NCBI RefSeq assembly: GCF_006345805.1
Contig: NC_043022.1
Span: forward strand, 16,182,001 to 16,246,000
Length of the DNA stretch: 64,000 nucleotides
Direction: 5' to 3'
Source of the DNA: Octopus sinensis
Taxonomy: Eukaryota
The translations under genes were made by a program, and so were the position numbers. This document shows positions 23,089 to 35,544 of this stretch, one piece after another. The notes below the pieces were generated by a model. That model saw only the letters and a program-made list of their open reading frames with translations, made no database searches and was not told the origin of the DNA. Numbering within the stretch: the stretch's first letter is position 1; each line of letters opens with the position of its first letter.

Positions 23089-24835
23089 GGAGAGAGATTT
23101 TGTAGTAAAGAAATAAAAGTTAATTTTAATTTTTGAGGCTGACATGATGTTTGAAAGTTGTTTCATTTATTTGAGAGTATGTGTTGGGGTGGGTGGGTGC
23201 TGGGGTACATTTTCATTTCAATAATTCACTTCTTGGATATTGGAGAAAGTTTCTGTGAGTCTGCAAATACAGAAAAAGAAAGGCACTGTTTGTCTATCGA
23301 GGTATTTTGATGATTATGTAAATGCAAATACCAAGGTACCATCATGTGGTTAATTTAGTTTGCTAATGACTGTGCAAAAGTTATTAATTGTTGCTAACCT
23401 GAGAAGTGCATAAAGCAGAATGAATTGCAGAATGGCACCAAAAGAAAATGAAAAAAAAACCCAACAAAAAACAAGAGTTAATGTAAGGAATTAAGATTGT
23501 CTGAGGAATTAAGTAAAAACAAGACTTGCTAATTGAATGTCACAAATTAGATGGAAAATGATATCATCACCACCATAACAACATAAAAATACAAATGTCA
23601 TTCTTACCATTTCTAAGATTTCTCTTTCTTTATTCCAAAAAAAAAAAAGAATATGTATATATATTTTGGAAATTTGTTTCTTTATCAAAGGAGTCTGCAG
23701 TAAATATTAAATTTATTTTTTGAAAATTTCTTAGACAAATTTTAATTTGATTTGCTAAATAAATGAAAGAAAACCTTTGATTCTGGAGTTAAAAGTTGAA
23801 CTTTTTATATATATTTATATATTTTTTTCTCTCACCTCCAGAATATGAATCACTTCAGAAAAGCACTCTGGATAGAAAGCTAAATATTTGAGGAAAATGG
23901 AAAATATCAATACATATATGCGTATGTGTGTGCTTCTGTGTTTACTTATATTTGTGTAATTCCTTTTAAATAATTTATTGTTATTAGTCCAAGTCTAAGT
24001 GTCAAATAAGGATAGTCAAAGAGAAAATTTTCTAAATTACTTTGCCAAATTAATTTTACTCAGAAAAAAAAAAGTGCATGTTTTTTCTTCTTTTTTACCT
24101 TTCGTTTTGTATTTTGTATTTGTCAACAGTTATAGTTTTGTTTCAGAATTTAAGCCTTAATGGAACTGACAGATTTTTAGACTTTGAATCAATATTTAAT
24201 TACTGAATTATTTTTTTTTATTATTATTTATTAAGTTTGAAGTCTTGTAAAATGTAATTAAAATTGAAATTTCTTCTTAAACTTAAAAAAAGAATACATA
24301 ATGTAATTCAGTGTACAGTCATTATCTAAATAATTAATATATAAAAAAATTAATCTGTAATTATATTTCTAACAATCTAAGTGACAATACTGCTGGCTTA
24401 TATATTTTGTTATTTCTGTTGTGACTATTTGGTTGATACTGTAGCATGGATCCAGTTAAAGAATTCTAGCAAAACATTTACTTTGTGTTCCCACAATTCA
24501 TTGCAAATTGTTGATTGAGAAACTCCTAGTGTGAATGCAATATCCTTTAATCTCCACTGTAAAGGTTCTTTTGTTTTTCAAGCTATCCCTTAGTATATGT
24601 AACATCAAATGTTCAAAGAACTGTTAATCTGTTCACAACAAAGAATTCTTTTCCTCATAAAAGAAGCACAGTGTACAGAATGTGTGTGTGTAAGGTTTTT
24701 GATGCTGTATGGGAGGAGTGAGACTTGGGCCCTGAGACTAGGAAGTAATATTTTGAGTGTGAACTATTGAATATATTGTGTCAGCTGCCATGAGATTTAG
24801 CATAAATGAGTTGAAAATATTATAAACTTAAATTA

Positions 24836-25258
24836 AGGTGGTGAGCTGGCAGAATTGTTAGCACACTGGGAAAAATGCTTAACAGCATTTTGTTCATCCT
24901 CACATTTTGAGCTCAAATTCTGCCACGGTCAGCTTTGCATTTTGTCATTTCAAAAACTCGGGTCAGTGTAATATACTTATTCCCTCCCCTAAAATTGCTG
25001 GTCTTGTGCCAAAATTTGAAATCAATATTATAGGCCTCAATAAGGGCAGCAAAATGACTGAATCATTAGCATGCTGGACAAAATGCTTAACAGTATTGCA
25101 TTTGTCCCCATGTTCTGAGCTCAAATTCTACTGAGGTCAACCTTGCCTTTCGTCCTTTCAAGGTCGATAAAATGAGTACCAACTGAATACTGGGGTCAGT
25201 GTAATAAACTTATCCCCTGCCCTCAAGTTGTCTGCCTTGTGCCAAAATTTGAAATCGA
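24836..25258 (+). mobile_element. Two tandem diverged family A SINEs
   Basis: aggtggtgagctggcagaattgttagc (24836) and a second copy from ~25042. Both end ...ccttgtgccaaaatttgaaatc. Confidence 0.75.
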
Positions 25259-26229
25259 ATTTATAGGTGCGTTGTGGAAGGATTCTGACCTCACCCCTTT
25301 GACTAAAATTGGACTGACACATTGCTGTAAAATAAAGAACTGTGAGCAATTGGCAGTTTGGATTGGTAAGCAGTTCGCTGTGAGCCGTTGATTGAGAGCA
25401 TTGAGTCTTGTGCAATAGTAATCGTATTGCATCATGTAAATACTTTCTTTCCCCTTGCTTTGTTATATTGTGTATCCAACACCAGGATATAAAAAGGGTG
25501 TCATTGTATGTAAGATAGAACATGTGGCAGATGCACATGCTGCCAATGCTACATGTTGGTGGTAGAAAATCATGGAAAAAAAAAATGAGGAGAAATTGTG
25601 AGGTTACATTTCTGGATGTTGGGTACAGACTTGATGATGTGGGACAGAGGAATAGTGATATACCATACTACAGATCTATCCAATCTATACAGACATGGAA
25701 TAATGGACATGAAATAAATGCTAACATAATCCTGATTCCTGCAAATATTTGATTTAAGTTTTTGCTAGGATTTTACATTTTTCAGGAATTCCAGTAAATC
25801 AAACTGGAAAAAAAAACCTTCAAAAATCAAAAAAAGTATACAATTTCTCAATGTGTAAAATTATTTGTTTAGCATAGAAATGCTAGAAATGCTATAACAG
25901 AGTTCCTCCCCACTGTTCTATTGCAGCCTGTATCTATTGAACAAATTTCTAGTATAGATTAAACAGATATTACATAAATAATTGTTTTCATTTTGTATGA
26001 AGTTTTATATGTGTGTGTGTGTGTGTATACACACATACAACAAATAGATATATAAACAAACAAATAAGTAGCCTTCTATTGTTTGTTTTCTCCAAATTGT
26101 GGATGTCTGGTTATCATGCACCCAACCACAAAATAAACACCAGTTCCATTTATACAAGCTCCTCTGTTCACTTATCATTATATAATGGATACAAAGAAAA
26201 GTTGATAACAGTTATTGTTCATTACAAAC

Positions 26230-26265
<36 letters not shown>

Positions 26266-26270
26266 TGCAT

Positions 26271-26480
26271 GTGGCCTAGTGGTTAAGGTGTTGCACTTGT
26301 GATTGCAAAATTGTGGTTTCAGTTTCCAGACTGGGCGATGCATTGTGTTCTTGAGCAAAACACTTCATTTCATGCTGGTCCAGTCTGCTCAGCTGTAAAT
26401 AGGTAACCCCATGACACACTGTGTCTCATTGAAAGGGAATGTTGGTCTGCCTACCGAGCCAGTGGTGTGACATCATTCAA
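26271..26480 (+). mobile_element. tRNA/CORE-headed SINE (family E)
   Basis: gtggcctagtggttaaggtgttgcac...gttcttgagcaaaacacttcatttcatgctggtccagtc. Confidence 0.65.
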
Positions 26481-26851
26481 AAGTTTATTTAAATAAACAC
26501 AACTATGCTTTTATACACACACACACACATCTACCATGCACACACATATCCACATGTCCTTTCACAGGTTTTTCTTTTTTCGTAATGAAAAAACCAACTG
26601 TTTGGACTATTTTGCACATATCAACCTTTTCAATATTACTCTTCCTGATATTTTTAGGTTAGTCATTAGTTGTTACTAGTAACTACTTAATTTAAGTTTC
26701 TTACTGGACTCATTAAATATCCATTAAACAGTTTACCTGCAACAGCAATAACTCATTTCATCCGTTTTTGCTTCCAACTTATTGACGAAACTAGTTGTAC
26801 AAAACCTATAGGTATGGATTTAGAAGCCTGATTACCAGCCACACACACACA

Positions 26852-26887
<36 letters not shown>

Positions 26888-26974
26888 TGTTGCTTATAAG
26901 TTTATTATAAATTCTGTCTGAAAGCTAACCTTCCACCATAGCATACACATTTGAATTTTAAACATTTCCACTAT

Positions 26975-27115
26975 TGGCTGTGTGGTTAGGGAGCTTGCTT
27001 CCTAGCTACATGGTTTCGGGTTCAGTCCCACTGCGTGGCACTTTGTGTAGGTGTCTTCCACTATAGCCCCGAGCTGACCGGAGCTTTGTGATTGAATTCG
27101 GTAGGTGGAAGTTAC
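26975..27115 (+). mobile_element. SINE family B head part
   Basis: ttggctgtgtggttagggagcttgc...gggttcagtcccactgcgtggcactttgtgtaggtgtctt. Confidence 0.7.
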
Positions 27116-27714
27116 TGTCGTGTGTGTATATGTGCGTATAGCTGCTCAGTGTCTCTCCGAAAGAGAGAGAGGGATTGAAATACCTATAAAAATGTTTAAA
27201 AAATAATTTCATAACTTTCATAATTTGTTTCCAGAGCCCAACCTATATTCAAGCTTCAACATCTATATTTCAATAAGTTTAAAATATTGTACGGCGACAC
27301 ATCAGATTTAATTTCACTCTTTCCTAAAAAGTGGAAAATTTACAAAATTGTATTCTCTGGCAGACTGTATCCAATCAAATTAGTTCACTGAAAATGTTCG
27401 CTATTTCAGTCAAAGAGGCTCTATCTTGATGTAGACGTTATTACCGAAAAAGCAGACAGAAAAATAAATCAATTTGAAAAAGTGCAGTCTAATACTAGTT
27501 TCACACCTAACATGTCTGTATGTAAAATTTGTAGCATAAACCAAACTTTGAGTACAGTTTATTAATTTCATATGATGCATTGAATTTTCTGCTGAAGAAT
27601 TTAAAATATATATGGTGGTGGATTTTTGTCATTAGATGATAAGGATTCAGGTGTTCAATGAACCGAAATTCCTTCTCCTTTGAATTGATATGTAAGTGGC
27701 TGAATGGGGAGGTG

Positions 27715-28108
27715 TACTCTTTACTTTTTTACTTGTTTCAGTCATTTGACTGTGGCCATGCTGGAGCACTGCCTTTAGTTGAGCAAATCGACCCCCAGAA
27801 CTTATTATTTGTAAGCCTAGAACTTATTCTATCGGTCTCTAAGTTACGGGGACGTAAACACACCAGCATTGGTTGTCAAGTGATGTTGGGGAGACAAACA
27901 CAGACGCACAAACATATACACACTCATACACACACACACATATATACGACAGGCTTCTTTCAATTTCCATCTACCAAATCCACTCACAAAGCTTTGGTCG
28001 GCCTGAGGCTATAGTAGAAGACATTTGCCCAAGGTGCCACACAGTGGGACTGAACCCAGAACCATGTGGTTCGTAAGCAAGCTACTTACCACACAGCCAC
28101 TCCTGCGC
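27715..28108 (-). mobile_element. SINE family B, full length
   Basis: Colinear with 5117-5508. Confidence 0.9.
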
Positions 28109-28109
28109 T

Positions 28110-28405
28110 TGTGTAGCTAAGTGGTTAAGATGTTTGGTTTGTGATTGTAAGGTCATGAGTTTGACTTGTGTCCTTGAACTTTATTCCCCATTGTTCCAGT
28201 CCACTCAGCTGGCAAAAATGAGTTGTACCAGTAATTCAAAGGGGGTCAGCCTTGTCTTATTCTGTGTCACACTGAATCTTCCTGAGAGAACTATGTTAAG
28301 GGTATGCATGTCTGCGGAGTACTCAGCCACTTGCACCTAAATTTCACAAGCAGGCTGTTCTATTGACTGAATCAGCTGAAACCCTCATTGTCATAACCAA
28401 CAGAG
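28110..28405 (+). mobile_element. SINE with a CORE-like head and family C 3' body
   Basis: gtagctaagtggttaag...ttccagtccactcagctggc...cactgaatcttcctgagagaactatgttaagggt...ctcagccacttgcacc...aatttcacaagcaggctgttc. Confidence 0.7.
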
Positions 28406-28534
28406 TGCCAATCAAGTGGCTGAATATTCCACAGACACATGTACTCTTAATGAATTACAGGTACAATTCATGCAAAAGGCTTCTGTATTGTTTTGTTTAC
28501 TTCATTCGCAGTATATGGGTTGACCTGAAACCAT

Positions 28535-28844
28535 ATAAAATGACATTTGCCCAAGATGCCAGCAGTGGGAATGAACCTGCGATCTCGTGGTTGCAAAGCA
28601 AACTTCTTAACCATTCAGCCATATTGCACCTAGTATATTTATGACAGGAGCAGTATTAGCACCACACAACAATCTTTATAGCCTACTTAATGTAGACTGG
28701 GCTTCCACACAGTTTCTGTCTACAAAATTCAATCACATGATATTGATTGGCCCAGGGCCATAGTAGAAGGTACTTGCCCAAGGCATGACACAGTGAGACT
28801 GAACCTGAAATCACATGGTTGAAAAATGAACTTCTTAATCACAT

Positions 28845-28845
<1 letters not shown>
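28535..28845 (-). mobile_element. Two diverged family B head fragments
   Basis: tttgcccaag...gtgggaatgaacc...cttcttaacc at 28545-28620 and again at 28695-28845. Confidence 0.6.

Positions 28846-28911
<66 letters not shown>
28846..28911. repeat. (CA)n microsatellite, perfect
   Basis: Seen directly. Confidence 0.97.
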
Positions 28912-28913
<2 letters not shown>

Positions 28914-29342
28914 GTATGAAGTATTCATGATTTTTTTTAATGAACTTCTATAATTTCTGATATTTTCCTCCCAGTAAATGTGTTTAGTATTTCTCTGCTG
29001 TATTAGTAGAGTACAAATTATAACCTCATCACTAATGAATATAGAGCTTTACATGTGGCAACCATAATATCTGAAGACTTGAAAAAAAAAAATATGCACA
29101 TATCTAGTGAAAGAAAGTTTAGTCAAGATTTCAAATTCAAACTATAATTTGCTGCCTTATTTGAATAGTTTTGTAATCCATATCTAGAATTTCATCATGA
29201 AATAGATATTTAGCTTAAAACTTTTCAGCTGAATTATTTTACATTTTGATAGATTCTAAACACCTTGACTATCTTATGATGTGCATATGGTTTAAATAAA
29301 TGTTATCAGTAGAAAACTACTGCCTAAACAATGTATCGTTCC

Positions 29343-29523
29343 TTAACCCTTTTAATGCTACCCTGCCTGATACCACTCATGGTTCTATATATAAACTTTC
29401 TGTTATAAAGCAATCCAAGTTAAAAACTTTGCATGAAAATTTCATCGTAATTTAAGTTCCAAAAACCAGATTAATAGTGATAAACTTATTTAACTAAATT
29501 CATTAATGTTTTCAAAATTAATT
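29343..29523 (+). mobile_element. piggyBac-like MITE, left part
   Basis: Begins TTAA-CCCTTT, typical of piggyBac termini. The body ...aaatttcat...aaacacc/aaaaacc...ttttcaaaattaatt is shared with 35545, 42365 and 55311. Confidence 0.55.
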
Positions 29524-29534
29524 AAAACATAGGT

Positions 29535-29665
29535 ACAGGTGTGGCTGTGTGGGAAGAAGTTTGTTTCCCAACCAAATCATGGTTCCAGGTTCAGTTTTGC
29601 TGCATAGCACTTTGGGCAGGTGTCTTCTACTATAGCCTTATGCCAACCAAAGCCTTATGGGCAGT
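29535..29665 (+). mobile_element. SINE family B head part
   Basis: ggtgtggctgtgtgggaagaagtttg...ctttgggcaggtgtcttctactatagcc. Confidence 0.7.
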
Positions 29666-29789
29666 AAACTTAATCCATCACCCTGGTACCTTGGGTTCCT
29701 TTAGTGATATACATTCTATTACAAGTATTCAGGTCATTCTCCAGTTTGAGAAGACTTCCCTTCCTCCCTCCCTCCCACAGGTCTCAAAG

Positions 29790-30120
29790 GCTCTGTAAAG
29801 GGTCATGGGCACTACCTTCCCTTCTGATTTTCTTAGGTCTGGTCTGTCATAAGCCCCAGAAATCATCAGGCTGGAGTTAAATCTGGTTTCCGTGGCTTTT
29901 GAGTGACTGAGGTGACAACACTCCCTTCTAAATAGGACACCAGACCATTGCAGGGTCCACTTCCCTGCTGTTGTTGGAACCAGTTTGCAGCTGAGTGGAA
30001 CCGGAGCCACATGAAAGGAAAGATTTGCTCAAGAACACAATGCACCACCTGGTCCCAGAATTGAAGCCAAAACCCTACAACAGTAAGTGCAACTCCCTAA
30101 ACCCTAAGCTATACATCTCC
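29790..30120 (-). mobile_element. Diverged tRNA/CORE-headed SINE with a ggtttccgtggc-type tail
   Basis: gcagctgagtggaaccggagc...ttgctcaagaacacaatgcacc...cagaattgaagcc, homologous to 15022-15276. Confidence 0.55.
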
Positions 30121-30339
30121 TAACTAGAAGATGAAAAAAAAAAAACCATGCTCCATTTTATAAAACTACTTCTGTGAACAGAGATAAACTTGCATATATT
30201 TCAAAGAATCTGTCTTGCAGCTGGCCTTAAACAACATGCAAAATGCACATGTATGAAGACTACATGAAGGCAGTATTTCCACATGGCTACAGTCCAATGA
30301 CTAAAAGAACGAACTAATAAGTACAAAACGAAAATCTTC

Positions 30340-30500
30340 AAAGTCATTTCTAAATGCCTTATAAACCCTGTTGATCCAACATAGCAAACTCACTGTCAAA
30401 ACTTCATCTTCTAAAGACGAGGCTTAGGGCCAGAAAAATACTCCAGCTTTACAAAGCTCAAGTGTGATCTACGTTACAGCTGTAGTCATATACTGTGGAC
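30340..30500 (+). mobile_element. Possible CR1-type RT fragment
   Basis: aaaatactccagctttacaaagctcaagtgtga translates KILQLYKAQV*, resembling the LLxLYKAQVRP motif. Short and decayed. Confidence 0.35.
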
Positions 30501-30505
30501 ACTTT

Positions 30506-30552
30506 TGCTGCTGCTGCTGTTGCAACTACTGCTGCTGCTACTACTGCTGCTG

Positions 30553-30583
<31 letters not shown>
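30506..30583. repeat. (CTG)n/(CTA)n compound trinucleotide repeat
   Basis: Seen directly. Confidence 0.95.
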
Positions 30584-31269
30584 ATAAAAATGTCATCCAG
30601 CAGATAGTAAAGTTTCAAAACCATGCTACAACTAGTTGCCCATAGATGCAATGTTATTTCTCTCTGTTTCTGCTCCAGTGTGTTTATCCTCTCTGAAATT
30701 ATTGCTGAAGCCTGTATTCTTCTTCTCATCACTAGTGCTGCCTAAATTCCACACTAATCACTTGGGCCAAATCCATTATCCTACAGGCAAAAGTTAACTT
30801 TTAACAACAAAATATAAACCAGAGTGCTGTCACCAGTTTGAGAGAGAACTTGAAAAAGTCATGGAAAGAACTCCTCTGCCTTCTCTTCTAATTCACTTTG
30901 TTTCATTTTATATTTATTTTTTTTTTCAATGTTAGCATGGCCTTGTTTTACATCTAAATGCCCTTCTTGCTGCTAACCCTTACCTGTTTTTCAAGTAAGG
31001 GATCTTTGAAAGTGCAAACCCAGTGGCTTACTTGTTGGCTAGGGAAACAACAGCAACGATATGATTTTTAGTGAAGCCATTTTCAGGCAAGCACTGATGT
31101 AAATACTCACCTGCTATGCGTGTGTGTGTGTGTGGTGTGTGTGTGTGTATGTGTGTGTGTGTGTGCGCGTGTGTGTGTGTGCACGTGTGTGTGTGTGCGT
31201 GTGTGTGTGTGTGGTGTGTGTGTGTGTGTTATATACATGTGTAATCATCTTTACATCCACTTTACAATG

Positions 31270-31400
31270 CGTGCACAAGTCAGATAGAATTTTGTTGAGG
31301 CAGATTTTCAATGGCCAGATGCCCTTCCTGATGCCAGCCCTCGGCTATTTTCAAGCAAGATAATATTTCCTCATAACCAGAAATGTTTTCATGAAAGATA
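31270..31400 (-). mobile_element. B2/RTE-type tail fragment
   Basis: gtcagatagaattttgttgaggcagattttcaatggccagatgcccttcctgatgccagccctc. A similar piece lies at ~30930-31050. Confidence 0.55.
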
Positions 31401-31653
31401 AATTACTTAAACAAAAACCAACCCTTTACTGTACTTTTATTTGGAGTGGAAGCAGAAGATGTCTGTAAAGGAAAAAAAAAATTCCTCTTAAAAACCAGTT
31501 GTATTTAATGGACAGAGAAAGAAATAAGTTAAGATACTGAGTAATGAAGAAGTCATGCCTTTTGCAAGAGATTTGAAGCATCAAAGTGATTTCACCCTAA
31601 AAGTGAAACTGGGTCATTTATTCCATCTACTGTGGTATCAATAATATCTGATA

Positions 31654-32042
31654 TCTTTATATATAAAAGTGAAGTTGTGTGAGTGTCTGTCTCCTACGAT
31701 TTAGATTCCTAACTACTCCCACATTTTGCGGTGCAGTTTAACCAAAAGCGGGTATCTTATAGTCGTGATTCATATCGAGCCCTTCTGGGTATTAGCGCAC
31801 GTCTACAATGAGTCTACGATTTAAAAAAAAATTTACCATCGTTTTTTTCCATTTTAATGTATTTTTTTCGCTATTATAGAAGGGAAGTAACTCTCTAAAA
31901 ATGTCTACGATGAGTCAACGATTTAAAAAATTTACCATAATTTTTTTTCCATTTTTAATGCATTTTTTTGCTATAACTCTCTAAAAATGCTTATATAGTT
32001 ATTTCCCTTACAAACCCAAGCAACGCCGGGCGATACTGCTAG
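31654..32042 (+). mobile_element. Non-autonomous Helitron-like element
   Basis: 5' a|TC-tttatatataaaa; 3' subterminal ccca-agcaacgc-cggg hairpin remnant then ...ctgCTAG|t, inserted between A and T. Internal ~90-100-bp tandem duplication (31801-31902 and 31903-31988). Confidence 0.75.
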
Positions 32043-32801
32043 TCTGATATAAGATATATTTAAAGGAGAGAAACTCTGAGAGGGTTAATGAGGAAAACAA
32101 GGATTTGAACTGAGAAATGAAACCAGTCTGGAAATGAATTTCACTGGGCTTTCAGTGACACATTATATGAAGCGTGAACATTTTAAAGATAACTGATAAG
32201 GAAGTTTTGACATTCATGCCTTTTCCCAAGAGTTCACTTATTTATTTATTTATTTATTTATTGAAGTGCAAAAGGCTTCACACGATAATTATACTCAAGT
32301 TATGATGATGATGGTGATGGTGGTAATTTCTTTGCTTTTTTTTGTCTTGTCATAATGGTGGTAGCCAGATAAACTGGTAATGAACCTTTGACACACCAAC
32401 ACTAATAATAATGGCCATCATCATCATCATCATCATCATCATCCTCCTCCTCTACAAATAAGTAAATTATTTTACGATTGAGTGAATTCTTTAGTATCTT
32501 TCAGAATAGTGCTAGTTCATTGCACTGCAAGAAGATAAGGTAGAGTAAATGCATTTATTGTCAAACGTTGGTTTCATTGGCCAATCTAATTTATTATTTC
32601 TTAATATTTACTTGTAATTAGTTGTAATATGAGGTGTCAGTCACAATACGGTATGTTCCATTATCAATCTATTTATATTATTGTTTGACAACTAATTTAA
32701 CAATTTTCTGTGGTAATTCTATTTGCTGAAAGTTCGCTCAGTAATAGAGATAAGTTGTATATTTTTCATATTGTTTATTTTATTTATTCATTTATTTATT
32801 T

Positions 32802-32819
32802 CTCCTCCTCCTCCTCCTC

Positions 32820-32910
<91 letters not shown>
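32802..32910. repeat. (CCT)n then a long (ATT)n microsatellite
   Basis: Seen directly; source of the poly-Leu and poly-Tyr pseudo-ORFs. Confidence 0.95.
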
Positions 32911-32911
<1 letters not shown>

Positions 32912-33125
32912 GGCAGTTAGCTGACAGAATTGTTAGCACAATGGACAACATGCTAAGCGGCATTTCATCTGTCTTTGTGTTCTGAGCTCAAATTCTGCCG
33001 AGGTCGACTTTGCTTTTCATCCTTTTGGTGTCAATAAAATAATTACCAGTCAAGCACCCAGGTCAATGTGATCAACTAAACCCTTCCCCCAAATTCCGGG
33101 CCTTGTGTAGAAAGGATTATTGTTA
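32911..33125 (+). mobile_element. SINE family A
   Basis: aggcagttagctgacagaattgttagc...ctgagctcaaattctgccgaggtcgactttgcttttcatcc...aaattccgggccttgtg. Confidence 0.8.
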
Positions 33126-33264
33126 TTATTTTGCATTTTTGCGTTGTTTTGCATTTCTAATTTAGGTTCAGTTTGATCATTACATTTATTCAGGAGTTTT
33201 ACACACACACACACACACACACACCACACACACACACACACATTATACACATTTATATATATAA

Positions 33265-33425
33265 TGAGCTTCCTTCAGTTTCTGCTTATCAGATCCACTC
33301 ACAAAGCTTTGTTTGGCCAGTGTCTGTAACAGAAGACCCTTGTCCAGGGTGCTGCACAGTGGGATTGAAACTAGAAGCATGTGATTGGGAAGCAAATGTT
33401 TTACTATGCAGCCACACCTGCATCT
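33265..33425 (-). mobile_element. SINE family B head part, diverged
   Basis: cttcagtttctgcttatcagatccactcacaaagc...cagccacacctgca. Confidence 0.7.
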
Positions 33426-33456
33426 ATAACCATGCCTTTATATATATATATATATA

Positions 33457-33568
33457 GGCGCAGGAGTGGCTGTGTGGTAAGTAGCTTGCTAACCAACCAC
33501 ATGGTTCCGGGACGACCAAAGCCTTGTGAGTGGATTTGGTAGATGGAAACTGAAAGAAGCCTGTCGTA

Positions 33569-33617
<49 letters not shown>

Positions 33618-33831
33618 ATATGTTTGTGTGTCTGTGTTTGTCCCTCTAGCATTGCTTGACAACCGATGCTGGTGTGTTTACGTCCCCGTCACTTAGCGGT
33701 TCGGCAAAAGAGACCGATAGAATAAGTACTGGGCTTACAAAGAATAAGTCCTGGGGTCGATTTGCTCGACTAAAGGTGGTGCTCCAGCATGGCCGCAGTC
33801 AAATGACTGAAACAAGTAAAAGAGTAAAAGA
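33457..33831 (+). mobile_element. SINE family B, young, with a 53-nt internal deletion
   Basis: ggcgcaggagtggctgtgtggtaag...ccggg^acgacc...gactgaaacaagtaaaagagtaaaaga, compared with 49370. Confidence 0.9.
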
Positions 33832-34779
33832 TATATATATATATATATATATGTCTTTCATTTGTTTCATCACTATGGCCATGCTATGACACCAGATTGA
33901 ACAATTTTTAGTCATATTTATCAACACCAGAACTTATATTTTTTAAAGCCTGTGTATTTCTAAATTAGCTTCAGTCTGATCATCACATTTATTCAGGAGT
34001 TTTACAAATCGTTAAATCATGTCACTTACAACCAGATGCTGTCATCCTAAATATTAAATATTTACCATTCGGATGAGTATTTATGTTATCTGTTTTCAGC
34101 CAGACTGGCTGAGACAACTTGAATTATGTGATTCAGCTGAAGTCACTCTGAAATACTTTTGTAGAACTAAGGTTTAAATCAAAGATTTGGTAATGCAGTC
34201 CCTTAAGCTATCTTCTTTCTAAATAATATCTAAGACTTTAGTCTACACATTATCAATGCTTTGACAAGAATAAGCCCATATAGACAACTATATTTGACTA
34301 ATGGATTTCATAGTGCAAATTGTTTCACTCAATTAATTCTGTGCCTAGCACAGACATATCTACTGTTCCATATCCAAAGATCATCATTTATTTCACTGTT
34401 TCTGTTTGTCGAGATGTTTCCAACCTGTCATTATCTTATCAAGACAATTAATAGCCAACTATTTATTCACTCACCATGAAAAATAGGTTATAGAAGCCAT
34501 TCACTAAAATAATTGTTGCTTTGGGGTTTGTTTATAAATTTTTTTATGTGTTTAATATTTTACCCCCTTGTTTAATTGTGCCATGATATTTTTTTATTTA
34601 GTCAATGATTCTAGTATCAATAAGCAATTAATCCATCTCAATTTTAGTGATTCCATTTTGACCATTTTTTATTTCATTTCAATCCTCTGGTGTCTCTTGT
34701 TAAGTCTAGATCAGGGATTTTCAACCCAGGCACCCTCATTCATTTACTTTAATCTGCATAGCATTATAATTATGGTGGC

Positions 34780-35510
34780 ACTGATCTCCTTTCAAAATAT
34801 TAATATTTTAGATGTTCGTGGGAATGCTTTTAATACTCCAAGAATTTTGCTGGGGCCACTCTGGTTGAAACCTCTATCCTAACACTATTAATTTCTGCTG
34901 GGTGAAGCACACCCTTAACCTAGCTAAGACCATTTCCCAAAAACTGAACCTTCTCTTCATGGCCAAAAGTATTTCTGCCCTCAACATTTGCTGCCATGCT
35001 ACTATCCTCTAGTGAGAGCCACAATGGACTACTGTTATCCCATCTGGTATGGTGCTGCTTCTATGCACACAGACATCTTGGACTGAATTTAGAAAAGGAC
35101 CACTTTGGATTTGCTAACTGGCATTAAATCACCAACAGACATGCTCCAGCCTTTGGCCCACGAGCATGTTGTCTTTTCTCTCTATCTTCTCTATCACTGC
35201 TATAAATGGTCTCTGTTCCTCAAAGCTGTTTTGTCTCACACCCTAACCCTACTCATATAACTATCTCTCATTACTTTTGTTATATTTAATCCCCCACCCA
35301 CCCTTGGCTCGCACTAATCATTATGTTCATTCCTTCCTCCCCAGAATGTTATCCCTTTGGAATCTTGTTCCTCTTCTTGTATTCCCTACTGGTGCTGATA
35401 CATACCAGTTTAACAGGAGCATTCATGCAATCAAGCTCACCAATCTCAGAAGACTTTTAGATGGTCAGTGGGCACTGCCCCTTCCTTCAAACCACAGCAA
35501 GTAAAAAGAA
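34780..35510 (+). mobile_element. CR1/L2-group LINE 3' ORF fossil
   Basis: Pieces translate KHTLNLAKTISQKLNLLFMAK, MDYCYPIWYGA, LQPLAH and RTNHYVHSFLPRMLSLWNLVP..VFP, resembling the LEYCSHIW and SFFPRTxxLWNxLP motifs. Frameshifted. Confidence 0.7.
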
Positions 35511-35544
35511 GAGAAAACAGAGTTTAGTTAATTTGCTTAAACTG

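Noticed and set aside
32710-32985. ORFs rich in poly-Leu/Tyr/Asn/His-Thr (also 744, 4574, 31114, 57152, 57806, 59235)
   Set aside because: They are translations of microsatellites.
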